A stretch of 63,511 nt of DNA, filler included, from Klebsormidium nitens (Eukaryota > Plantae > Klebsormidiophyceae), in NCBI GenBank assembly GCA_000708835.1. It is 5 parts of 5 records of this genome, joined end to end, with 100 filler letters (N's around TTAATTAATTAA, not from the genome) between each part and the next. Parts side by side here need not be neighbours in the genome. Positions count along the whole stretch, not along the records: positions 30,225 to 58,792 come from DF236996.1; positions 58,893 to 61,721 come from DF237343.1; 3 more parts are not named here. One strand, 5' to 3'. Below the pieces are notes generated by a model. The model saw only the letters and a program-made list of their open reading frames with translations, did not search any database and was not told the DNA's origin. Every line of letters begins with the position of its first letter. The first letter of the stretch is position 1. Below, one piece after another: positions 48,906 through 61,229 of the stretch. The translations under genes were made by a program, and so were the position numbers.

Positions 48906-51900
48906 ATGCCAAAGTCTAAGAGAAACAAAGTTGGTAAGTGATCTGCGTGGGATTTTGATTGTAATGTGGTCAGGGTGGTATTGGTTGGATCGTCGCTTCG
49001 TTTCAGTACTTTATTGTCGGCGACTGCTTGCAGGTGGTATGTTGCGAGATGTACCGATAGTTCAAGGGTTTTGGAAAGCGGCGTTTATTTTTCCAAGTAC
49101 TTCATGTGGTTGTATTGATGCACCACCTTCCCATCGAACATATAAACCTGCCTTTTCGTCCATATGTGTGTTTGCCAAAGTGGTACACCATTACCATATA
49201 GTTTGAAGCGGCGCCGTTCGTTCTAACTTTGTCAGGCGACAGCTGCTTGTCAATCAGAAGTGATGTTAAAGTTGCCACATTCTCTGCCATGTTATGTTTC
49301 GCAGTGCTGAAAAGTGGTATACGAGCGTCAGATTGGCGGTTGCCACCGATTCAAGGCTGCTCATTATCTACCCATTTTCACACCGCTTCTTGTCTTGCAG
49401 TGACGTTGAGTCAGACGAAGAAGAAAGGCCGCGAGCAAAAAGAGGGTGTCATTAACAAAGTCCGGGCATGCTTTGACGAGTATTCGTCAATGTATGTGTT
49501 CCGGTATGAAAATATGCGGAACACGAAACTGAAGGAGCTGCGTGACCGCTTGGCCAGCAGCAGCAGGTAAGAGCTCCCACCAAGTGTAGCTTGAAGGATG
49601 ATTTCGCCGTGATCGAGATGGTGGTGTTCTTGCTGAAATGGCATTCACCTCTAGCCTCCAGATTGCCAGGAACCAGTCAAGTTCTGACCTATCTGACTTG
49701 TGAAAGCGGCGAACCGAACAACAGCGTGTCGTCATATATGGTTCAAATTCAGCCTTGCTCATTTGAAGGAGTATTGTGAGGCTGTGATGCCGTCGAGGTC
49801 CCCCTCTCTCGACACCGACTGCTTTTGTGCATCTGCGCTCTTACAAGACAAATCGTTTTTGATGGACATCTTCCCCTTCCGTAGCTTTGCCTCTCGTGTT
49901 CCGTCTGATATCCACTCACCAAATGTGGTGACTTTTGAGATAGCAGCGTCAACTAAACCATCGTTTAGGGATGGCTGCTGTCAGCATTTTGAAGTTTGCT
50001 GCTAGCCAGTTTGAAGCCTTTAGCTTATGACGCGCTTTTGAGAGCCGCACGGCTGTTTCACCCCTGTACAACTCTGAAGTACATTCTGGTCCAGTTTATC
50101 GCATGCTCTGCTTCGGAAGCTTGTAGCAAGGTTTTGTGCTGCTCGAAACCAGGCTCCCGGCCGACTTCTTTACTACGCCCGCTGGGAGATCATTGTATCA
50201 GACTGCTTTTCTTAGACTTTTCATCAGGATAGATAAGCCCAAAGATGGGCGAGCTGTTGGGTTAAGTGTCCGGCGGTGGTGGGGGCTCAAGGCGCAGACA
50301 ATGATGACGCAACTCGCACCTGAGATGTATCATTGAGGAGACAGATTACCTTCTACTCATTCTGAGACTGCGCACTTGAGACCACTTGCGGACATGCAGA
50401 ACTAGAGCCATGGCCCTGAGCAAAACTGCTCCTTACAAACCGGTGTCCTTGCATATGCAAAATTTGGGGCGCATAGTTGCATTGCAATCTTTGGAAGATC
50501 ATGTGTCCCTTTGCATCTCAACTTCTGGATATTCCTTAGTCCTTCTTCACGAGACGTTTCATTCCTGGGAGAACAAGTCAGCAGAGCACAATGATGATAC
50601 CACTCGCACCTGAGACTCGTCTCTGAGGATAGAACACCTTCTACTCATTCTGAGTGCTCTGCCAACAGTTCCTGTCAAAATGTCTCTCTGCGCTTGGGTG
50701 ATGCAACCATGGATGCATTATATGGGGTGGACATACATCTGCAATGACCCTAGAGGTTGCCCGGGACACTGTTCTTTTGCCGTTCTTCTGTTGTTGTATC
50801 AGTTTTGTCCTTGCCGTGTGATATGCTCGGACTACTTTCTTTTCCAAAACAAGAATTCTTGACGCTGGACATTCATACTTGTTCTGTTCGACTTTGATCG
50901 ACTCATTTATATCAACTTTTGTTCTACGCTGAATGCCAAATTGGGCTGCACTTGAGCCGTTGAACGACTATAAGCGTCGCGCCTAGCCCACCTTGAACCT
51001 AGGTCGGTCGCCGATCAATATAATTTCATAATTACCCTTGTGCCCCAGGAATGTTTTGGTTCTCACTGTCTGTGTATACTGCCCGTACGCGGACCTGGGC
51101 ACAAGTTCCTGTATGGTTGCTTCTGCTGCTGGCTCCACTTGCGGGTGGTGTCAAAGTCATGTACTAGTGGCAACGTAGAGCGACAGGTCTCACAGAAACT
51201 CATTCTGTCCTTTCTGCCTGGTCTGCGGAGGTTTACAGAGGTCCTGAGCGCTCCTTCCAAGCTGCTGGATACAGAAGCAGTGTTGCAAGTCATGTCTTGA
51301 GCGTGAGCTGGCTGTGCAAAGCATAGTCAGTTACGAGCGCAGCTTCTAACGACCGAAAGGCTGACTTGTGCGATGTCTGGCCGTTGCAGGTTCTTTCTGG
51401 GGTCGAACAAGGTGCTGCAAGTCGCCCTTGGCAAAACCGACGCCGAGGAGTATAGGGACGGTGCTCACAAAGCGGCAGAGGTGAGAGGTTCCGTTTTTAG
51501 CAGTCTACTGGCCGTTTGCTACTAGACGGTCGACAGAAGGCGGTGGACTGGATACTTTCACATCAATCGCCGCGCTTAGCAAGCACGTCTGAACGAAATC
51601 ATCTGCTTGGTTGGTTTTGCTGCTAAGCTGTTGGAAAGAGGTGTCGGATGTCCCGTCTGGTCGCTTCGCTGACTTAGTTCATTTGGACGGTGAGGGAAAA
51701 GCTTCTGCTCAAATCTGCTTTAACTATTTCGCGACACCCGTCATATTTGTCATGCTCATTGTCTGTTCGTTTCTGTGCAGCTTGTCAGCGGCAACAGAGG
51801 GCTCTTCTTCACCAACTTAAGCAAAGATGAAGTGATGAAGTGAGCGATCCGGGTTGCACCTCTCTCTTTCTATGCTGCACAGAGACCAGGATTTTATGTC

Positions 51901-54504
51901 CACAGATGGAAACAAACGTCTCATCGTTTGGAATCGAACGTTTACTTCCTTAAGGTCTTCTGTTGGAAAAGTTCTTATAGACACCCTGGTCCTCGTGCTG
52001 CCCTTTCCCTTCCCTGCTCCTGAGTTTTCCATGTTGTGGACGGTCGATGTCATTATCCAGTGTTTGGAACGGCATGCTCATTCGTATATAGGCAGACGAA
52101 CGTTGCCACTTTGTTGTTGCTTCGTACCAATACATGTCAAACCGCCGGAACGACAACTAATCAACAGCTGAGGGTGTTTTTATGTGCTCATTGTCATCTG
52201 CTGCCTATCTTGCGCCACCTGTCTTGCGGGCACCACCAAGAACGAAACTATGTCGGTTAGGGAGCATGACTCTGGCAATTCTGACATTGTGACCGGGGCG
52301 CTTTTGGCAGGCTATTCGAAGACTACGAAGAACTCGACTACGCTCGGACAGGAACGAAAGCGACGAAAACGGTATGTACAATAAAAGTGATTTCAATTCA
52401 AGCAGGACCCTGCAGACTTGCTGATTACGTATGTAGATGTTGACAAATTTCTACTTCCTAGCATTAGAAAGACTCGAATGTTGCTGGAAAGCAACATAAC
52501 GACATCAGTGCTAAAACCAGAATTCTGGTCGCCTCTTTGTTGTCCATTCGAAAATTCAGTAAGCGACCTCGTTGTGATGGTCTTGACTGACGAGACAGCT
52601 CGTTACTTCCCCGATTCGCAGTCTTCTTTTAAAACCGTACCAGGGCGCAGTCCCCATAGTATCATCGAAACAAGCTGTCCTCAGGCGGGCTGCATTTCAC
52701 CAACCCATCTCATGACCCAAACACAAAGTTTCGTTGCACACAGGGCGACCATTGGGTTCCAATTCCATCTACGGATCAATGACCAAGTCACCCGGTTAAC
52801 CGCGAGGTTATCGACTAACCACGATCTGACCAGTGCAGGTAGAGCTGCCGGAGGGGCCCCTAGAAATGTTCACGCACGACCAGGAGCCGTTCCTTCGGAA
52901 ACAAGGCATGCCCACGAAACTAAACCGAGGTCAGTGGCCGCCGCCCCCCCCCCTGCGGCGGCATCCGTCTCTCTCCACCAGTGTTTCTGTCCTCCTTTAT
53001 CTAGTTCTTCTTGTTAAGCAGCCAGCCGTGTTCAGTCAATTGGAAGGTGAAAGTTTTTTTGTGCAGTCTGATGAAGGACTTAGTATAGCGCATCTGCGAC
53101 AGAGCGCTTCATTCAGACGTCCGACTTTGTTCACTTTGCTAGGGCTGCTTATTCTTGACCGCCAAGAATGTTACAATTACTGAAACAGAACGATTACGCA
53201 TGGGTCAGTCAACTCCGCTTTCCTTTAGTTCCCACTCGCTTCGACCGTTGTTCCTAGCTTCTGGGACCCCGTTCGATGGAAGGCCTCCTTATTGGGGGAC
53301 GCTCGAAATGAAAATTGTTCTGGAATTTCGTTCAATGAAAGCATCACTGGCACAGCACACATGGTGCCTTCTCTTTCGCCAAGTCAGGTTCGACATAAGT
53401 GCAATTCTGTCGCACTTTGCAAGTGTCGGCGACCAGAGACGCTGTGGGCGAGCTTTTTAGTCGCCGAAAGTTACGAAGTACAGCACGCCTCCATATCGAA
53501 TAGGACTGAACGAGAAGTGAAGCTCGAGGATCTTGACGTTGCCCTTATTTGACACCACTTTCGTTGTTCAGGAGTGGTAGAGCTGGTGTCCGACTTCACG
53601 GTGTGTAAAGAAGGGGCGCCGCTCGCCCCCGAAGCCGCCAGAATACTGGTGAGCCACCTAGCCCTTTCCCCCGCTCTTAATGTTGACGCCAGGTGCCGGA
53701 CGATTCGAGACCGTTTAGAATCAAGCTTTGATGAACTCGCAGGTTGTTGAGAGCTTATTATTATCCGTTCGAGTGCGGACTCTGCTAGTTTGCCCTGTCC
53801 TGAGAATAGGCCTTAACGTTTTCTAGGCTGGAGTTAACGTGGATTGATTCTCGTGCTGTAGTCCAAGCAGCATATGCAAGTGGTGATTGAACGTTATAAG
53901 ACTTGTGGCCGAACACTGCCTCGCTGGCCAATGACGGGCCCTTGCCTGGATGTTGCCTGATCTTACTAGGAGGAGCCGAAAAGATGCTCATACAAGTTTC
54001 TGTCAGTTGAGGAACTAGGAGGAGCGTTAAAACGTGCCCATAGATACATCTGTCACTTAGGAGATGGAAGCAATGGCCTTTGATTGTGAGTAAAGCGCTC
54101 GGAGGGTTACCAAGCAAACCCCTGTGGCCTTATTGCTTGTCGTTGGGGGGCCCGATGTAACAGCCGCTGGACACGGCTCCACCATGAAATGGCTGGACGT
54201 TGTGCACAATCACAGAGGATTCAGACAATCTGTATAAGTGTCGGTATCTCGTCCGAGTGGGTTTTCTGTGTTACACCAGTCTAAATCGCTCTCCATCTGC
54301 TCTTCGTCTACAGTTTTCCAATCTAAATAATCGTCTCGTTTCTTGCAGAGGCTACTAGGAGAACAATTGGCAGCCTTTAGAATAACCCCTATAGCGCTCT
54401 GGACGAGTGACAGCTTTGAGCTTTTGGTCAGCGAAGAGGAGGCGGCTCCGGGCGCGCAGGACGATGAAGGGGAGATGGAGGAAGTAGAGACGATAGATAT
54501 GTAG
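48906..54504 (+). CDS. MRT4: mRNA turnover protein 4 / ribosome assembly factor (uL10/P0 paralog), 8 exons, 242 aa
   Basis: Exons 48906-48933, 49401-49566, 51390-51480, 51781-51839, 52311-52371, 52839-52929, 53572-53648, 54349-54504 (729 nt, phase-consistent, GT-AG). MPKSKRNKVVTLSQTKKKGRE, ENMRN, RFFLGSNKVLQVALG, DYARTG, GPLEMFTHDQEPFLRKQGMPTKLNRGVVEL. Confidence 0.96.
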
Positions 54505-55301
54505 GTCAAGCAATCGCACAGCCTTCATAGGACACCTCAACGATCCAAGAAAAGTGATGCGCATTTTTCCGGGATCTTATGTTTCAGCCATTTAGTTAAG
54601 AGTTTCCGTTTCTGGCAGCGCAAGCTTGTGAGCCCACTCCTTGATTCTCGCACATCAGTGTGTGCAACTGATCCCCTTTTGTTGTCACATCTTTCCGCTC
54701 TACCTTAAGCTTATGCACAGCGACACTGTGTCGGGTCTTTCGATGAATGCGCGAATGCATCGGATATCTTTCGGTCAAGTAGATTCTTCCAGCCATGATG
54801 AATCCTGTCGTGTTTTTGCGGTTGCCAGGCTCACGGGCGGCGCACATGTATGCATATCAAAATTCTGTCGACGAGACACGGCTCGGCGATCTTATGTGAA
54901 TCGCTCTCATGACCGTACAGCGCGAGATTCAGGCCGGCCAGCAATGGTAGCATGCACAAATATACGAATCAAGACGAGAAGAAGGCTGCGATATGTGCGC
55001 GGGTGGCGCCAATCAAATGCGTACAGCGTATCGTGCAGGGAAGTAAACGAAGATATCGTCATCAAAGCTACGTTGCAGTGCACATGATTGACGGGTCCGG
55101 CTCCGAGCTGCAAGTCTACATTCGATGATCCGTTGATCCATAGCCGTTCAATCCTATGGCCGGAACTACCCGGCACAGCTAACTATGAGACCAGCGCGGC
55201 GCATCAGTGACAGAGGAGGTGTGCGCTCGCGGCCGCCGGGCACGTGCCAGTCATGATGGACAAACGCACTTGCACAAAGTAGTCGCACTAACGTACTCAA
55301 G

Positions 55302-57734
55302 TCAGCAATTTTCGCTCAAGTTCGACCTTAGCTTGCCTAAGAAGTCCTCAATCCGATCTTTATCTAGCGCCCCCTCAGCTTCATCCGTCCGCGGCTCGCT
55401 CATCAAAAAAGGCAACCGTCCTGTCTTTCGCCTTCTACTACTACTCTCAATGAAGAATGACGCCTTTAGGCCAAAGCCAGCCTCGACCTCCTTACATCTG
55501 ACATGAGTGGAAAATGCTAACCGCATAGTCATCCTTCTAATCGTACATGTTCCGCTACACCATAATCCTGCACGTGCACATAATTCACAGTCGTCAACAC
55601 TCATGATCTGATGCAAGTTTTCAGAAGGCCACGAACAAAGATCTTGTTCCCTGAACCCCACCCATACTGTCCTTATAAGCATGATTGAGAAACACGCCTC
55701 CGGCACCCCATTTGTTTGGCACCCCATTTCTTTCCACACTTGAAACATCGATATCAGTGACGACTGGCAGCAAAAGAAAACCCGTGATAGCGAGCAGGTA
55801 ATGACCTAGTCGAAGAGACAAAGTCTGACCATTCAAATTAGGCGTGCCATCGTTCAACACGGGCAGCACCTGCGACCAAAGCGATCCCGTCTCATACATA
55901 ACAACAAAAAGAGGACTGGAATCTCGACCGACGTCTTCAAGCCGGTGAAAAGGCCCCGGTTCCAAAGCACGCTGGTCCGCTCAAAGCGCATCTACGTGCA
56001 AAAGCAGTCCTTTTTCAATAGCCTTCCACTCACCACGATAAGTTTCCGCGCCCGACCGCTTATGGGTGGCCCGCCATAAGCGTGAAGTTCCTCAGCAGCC
56101 TATACAGGCGGCTCTTCAGCGGCGGGTCTTCTTCCACCGTTACGCTCCTCGAGATTTCCACCGTCACCCGAGTCGCCTCCTCTCCGCGGACGTCCCCCCC
56201 GGGTTCCGTCACCGGAAGCGGAACCGGAACTGGACCGGTCGCGCCCGAGGGCTGCTCCCGGTCCATTGCCGCTGCGATGGCCCTTTGCCGCTCCCCATAG
56301 TCCGCCAGGCTCACGTCAGCGTCCTCCACCGCTTCGACGGCGAACTCTTGGCCCAGGTTTCCGGGCACGATGTCGCCCATCTTCTCCCTGCGTGTGTACC
56401 GAAGGTTTTGTCTCGCACATGATCAAAGAGCGCGAGTTTCAGGAGTCGCAGCAAGCTGTGGCTTCCGAAATGGGATTTGAGATTGACTGGTCTTGAAGAC
56501 GGTTGATCCAATTGGCTCTTTCAGGAGTTGCGTGTTTTAGCGAAGGGCACACGTACGGGTTTTCAGCAGCGAATCGGAAGGTATGAAACGTACGTATATT
56601 GTTTCGGAAGGTTCGGTGATGCAGTTGACCTGGTGATGCTTGCCCCTGTGGTTGACAAATTCAAATCAGAAGAGGATCAGGAAGATCTAGTTCTGTCAAG
56701 AAAGTACGCCGAGGTCTGTATAGAAGTACCTTCGCGAGCGAGCCTTCAGAAGGGGGCGCTGAGAAACACCGTCTGCTTCTAAGAAACACCGTCTGCTTCC
56801 TTTCAACAGATTCTGTCAACTCCTCGTATTCGAGGTCGAAGTTTCTGACACAAGCAAGAACGTCAACAGAGAAAAGAATCTACCCTAGCGGATTCTGAAG
56901 TACCATGGAACGTGACTCTATCCTAGCTTTCATTCAGACAACTTCGCAGAACCAGGAAACTGTCAAAGACTAGTTTGAACGGAGTCTCCAATCTATCTTC
57001 TTTACCTGTAGTAGACGACTCCCGGCTCTCGGGGTGCTTTCGTCCCAATCGGATCGACGTCGTGCTCGATCCCCGCGCGAATGATCACCACGCCCCTCCC
57101 CGGTGCGCCGGGTCCCCACCTCCCCACGTACTCATATTTGATGTCGGTTTGCGCCTAGCAGGCAGTGAAATAATCAAGTCAAGCGGAGTGGCTATCAAAA
57201 TTGGTTCAAATCTCCGCCCAGGGAACGGACGGGGGCTCCTTCAGGGATTAAAAGTCAGTCCAAAGCGACGGGTCCAACAAACGATGCATGTGAAAGATGG
57301 TAAACGCTCAGAGTCGTATTGTGAGTTCTGGGGAGCCACTCTGTCTTACTACAAAACAAACAACCTCCCCATTTTCGTTGAGTTGAGCGAGACGATAACG
57401 GAGCACCTTCTTTTCAAGTTCATGGATTTTACAACGTCAAGAATGGCCTGTCTCAACACAGAGTAACAAGTACCTGGTAGGCCTCGGGGGACCAGTGCCG
57501 CAGCATTGGTGGAGTCTTGCGCGGCTGCCCGGGGGGCACAGCGACGCCCGGGTTGCCCGTGGCCATGCCGCGCGCGGACAGCGCACGCCCGGCGGCGGAC
57601 GCGCGCGCGGCGCCCCGAGCAGTCGCGACGCCCTGGTCGCCGGTGGCGAAGAGCGCGCGCGGGGCGGAGGGTGCGCGCGGGGCGCAGCGCCGCGCGGAGG
57701 CGGCCGCGAGCAGGCTTCGTCTGGCAGCCAGCAT
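55302..57734 (-). CDS. Uncharacterised protein with an organelle-type (Ala/Arg-rich) N-terminal presequence
   Basis: Phase-consistent exons 57734-57474, 57154-57006 and 56387-(stop at 56060), giving 245 aa. A possible extension through 55991-55870 and 55497-55302 needs a 1-nt frameshift near 56063. The first three exons are well supported; the 3' extension is tentative. Confidence 0.6.
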
Positions 57735-58466
57735 GTTCCTGTGGAAGAAGGACCACCAGAGAGTCTGATGATTGGAATGATTGGAATTCCTATTTGGTAT
57801 TCTGACCGTTTAAGAAGGCTTGGATTTGTGAAATGGATGAAGCGTGATACGCGAGATTGTCAACGGACGGGGTGCCTCTGTGGATAAGATTACTGAAAGT
57901 TAGCGGGCCAAGTCCCGAATCGTTGCGAGGAAGTTATAAAGAAGCACCTGATCACATTCGCAAGTGACGACAATTAAAAGTACTGGGGATCACGAAGGCA
58001 TGAAGATCAAATGGTCAACGGTCCCTTCAAGTCTTTCCAGAGTTTGACGACTTTCTGCGGTTACGCTATCACTGTGTTCGTTTGGAACATCGAAGGATCC
58101 TGATTGTTGCCCCGCTTTCTACAGAGAGACAGCTCAGTACTAGAAGCCACGACATCTTGCTCACGCAGAAACGACTACAGGCTGGTTACACTCCCGAGAA
58201 TTCGACTAGAACTTTCTTCAAACCTCGCAGTCAGAAGGAGACCCGAATGCAGCCGCTTGTATCACCTACACTGACGGGAATAACTCGACCAATTGTGCAG
58301 AAAACCGTCTTATTGGAAGATGTGTCAACTCTGACGACCACCGTGGATCTGAGCTGGGCTTCCAGCTCGCACACTAGCATTGTCGTGTACTTGACAATGC
58401 AGGTTTCGAGCAGAGCGGTAGCGCAGCTAACATGGATATGCAAAGGAGCCAGCGAACTCAAACACT

Positions 58467-58506
58467 AGGAAGGAAGGAAGAAGGAAGAAAGGAAGGAAGG
58501 AAGAAG
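58467..58506 (+). repeat. Imperfect (GGAA)n/(GAAG)n purine microsatellite
   Basis: GGAAGGAAGGAAGAAGGAAGAAAGGAAGGAAGGAAGAAG. Confidence 0.85.
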
Positions 58507-58892
58507 TGACAAAGACACTGAGGCTGAGGGACAGGAAAGATGCAACGTAGACCTTCATGCACTGCTCTGCCCGGGACTGACCGAATCAAGGACTCTGAGG
58601 GCTAGCTCAAAACAAACCTCTTACCCTGGAAGTTGTTCGTTGAGCTCAGCATCTCGTACATTAGTCAAGCCTTTAGCGACTTCTATAAATCGATGCGTGG
58701 TTTGATATACGGACCACATTCTTGCAAGTTGACTGCAAAAAGGCCAAGGCCGAAAAGTACAACCCAGAAAAGCTGAGCCGCTTTATGTGGTCNNNNNNNN
58801 NNNNNNNNNNNNNNNNNNNNNNNNNNNNNNNNNNNNTTAATTAATTAANNNNNNNNNNNNNNNNNNNNNNNNNNNNNNNNNNNNNNNNNNNN

Positions 58893-61229
58893 GCTGCCAC
58901 GTGGCTTGCTGCTGGCGCGCGCAGGCAACTCCGCTGGGGGGTCGGGTGGGCAGCCCAGGCTGCCTGGCGGCACGCTTTCTGCTTGCGGGGGCAAGACGGC
59001 TGGGGCGTCGGGGGGGTAGCCTGGGCTGCCACGTGGCGTTTCGCTCGCGCGTGCAGGCGACTCCGGTGTGGCACCAGGGGTGCAGCCCGGGCTGGCAAGT
59101 GGCACGCTCGTCGTGCGCCGGAGGCTGGTGGGCGTTGGGGCAGGAGAAGCTTGATCCCGTACCGCCTCCATCGGGTCAAACTTGTGCGCGCGGCAAACAA
59201 CTGTACCCTTGGCACAGCAGGGCTTGCAGAGCTGGGACACGCACGCCTTTGAACGGAAGTTCTTGTCACACTCGGCGCATTTGACCATAGCCTGCCGCGG
59301 TGCAGGTCCGTTTCCCCGCTCCTTTGCCGCGCAGTACTTCAAAACGGCAGTGTTGCATCTTTTCCGGGTTACTTCTACCTTCTTCCGCTCGCGCCGCCGG
59401 ATTTCCACCGCCGCTTCTTGAAACAACTTCAACATCAGCTTCTTCCGAGCAGCCCTCTCTTTCGCCTCATTCCTTTCTCGTTCGCGATCAACTTCGGGCA
59501 CCATCTCCGGTGCCAACTTTTCTTTCTCCGCCTTCAGGTTTACACCTCTTTCCGCTGCAGGCCGAAGCTCCGGCCTATTGGGAACCGTCGACTTTCCTGC
59601 TGCCTTGTCAAGCGCCGCGAGGAGGGCCACCAGCTTGCCTTTCATTATCTCCAACCCGAGCTCCTTTCCCGCAGCGGTGAAGTTGATGTCCTCACCCGTG
59701 TACGTTTCGCTCAGCACATGCTTCCGAAAACGCAGCTGATCTTTGACGGCTTCAAGCCGTGCGGCCTCCAATCGTTTCGCAATCCGGTCGGAGCTCCCCC
59801 CCAACTCCCCTGCCGGCAGCTCCACATGCTCCAGGCCACTCTCAACTTCTTCTTCCGACTTCCAAAGACCTCCCAAAGCCGTCACTTTCACTACAAGCTC
59901 CGCTTTTACCTCCGCCTCCTTCCGCCTCTTCACTGCCTCTCTTTCCCGCGCCTCCCTCAGTTTCGTCTCCGCTTGCTCCCGGTTTGTCGCCTGCCGCTGT
60001 CGGTGGAGCGCATCCAGCTCCGGCTTCAGTTTCATTGCTGCATGCACTAGCGCCGCCCTTCGCTCCGATCCCATTGCCCCCAGCCAGCCGGCCGACCCAT
60101 TGTTCTTGAAGAGCAGCACCCCTTCGAGCGCAATCGTCAGGAAGTTCGGCTTCTCCCGCATGACACGGTCGAGGGTCGCAAAGTCCCTCTCCGACACGTC
60201 GTTCTCCTTCTTTACACTTGCCAAATCCGCCCGCTTCCCTTCGTTCACCCCGTCAAACTTCCCTTCCGGAAGCTGATCTTTTGCCATCCTCTCTAGCACA
60301 ACCAACCAGACGCAGAAGTTGAGCTCCAGCATCTCCTTCACCACCGTGTCCTGCTCCACATACCGCTTGAGCGCATCCAGCACTTCGTCCTCCTCCCGCT
60401 CCCCCAAGTCCGGAAACAGCAACTCCCCTTCCAGGAACGCGGTCGCATCCTTTGACCATCGCGTGAACTTCTTCCGCATCTCGAGGTAACGAGTGTTGGC
60501 ATCCAGAATGTGCCCACTTCGCTTGAACGCCATCATAATGCGCCCTGCCGCCTGCTTCTCCAAAAGACCAAGAGTTTTCAGCCCCGCCAGCATGAGCGGG
60601 TACCGGAACCCATCTCGGACGGCAAGAAGGAGCTTGTTAAGAGGCCCGCCGTGGATCAACTCCCAGACAGACTTGCCCCGATCCTCCCTGCCGTCGAGGA
60701 AATCGAGGATGGCGCCTTGCAGCCTTAGGAGCTCCCCCGAGTTCCGGTACAGCGCTAAGTACCGATGCCCTTTGAAGGCAACGAGGTTTGGCTTAAGCTC
60801 GAGGCGAGCGCAGTGTTCTTTGAAGCGCTCCGGCACACCAGCCTGCTCGGACCCCCGTTTCTGCAGAGCTTTGCATCCAGCCCGCACAAGCCCGCACACC
60901 CTTGCCTCCCCCCTCTTATCCTTGTGTTTCCGCTCCGCCTCCGTTTCGCCCCCCTCTCCTACAAGGCCATCCAGACCCCCCTGCGGCTCGTTGAAGCAGC
61001 ACGCCTCGTACACCTTCATGGTTTTGGCTGAACCTTCCATAAACCCGATTCCCATATGCATGGCGCAGTACAGGGTTGACCGGTGCTAAAGCCTTTTTGG
61101 CGTCAAGCCCGAGCTGCTCCCACTCCTCCGGCGAGATGCCAAACTGTTCAAACCGGTACTGCGCCAGCTGCTCCGCTCGGTACTCCAGCAGAAAGTGCTC
61201 ATTGAAGAGCTTCTGGGAGGCTGCCCTGC
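58893..61229 (-). CDS. DDE cut-and-paste transposase (CxxH-motif group related to hAT/P/MuDR/Kolobok; superfamily not assigned) with a C-terminal Cys/His finger
   Basis: More than 720 uninterrupted codons from 61061 into the gap. The upstream segment AASQKLFNEH...WEQL...PVN joins LYCAMH (CxxH) through a 1-nt frameshift; FKGHRYLALY; KKENDVSERDFATLDR (ERxF-type catalytic Glu context); coiled, charged C-terminal half. The 5' exon(s) were not seen. Confidence 0.75.

Noticed and set aside
59300-61089. Several 100-210 aa plus-strand ORFs over the transposase (similar shadows occur over WDR11 exon 6)
   Set aside because: Antisense shadows of GC-rich coding sequence.
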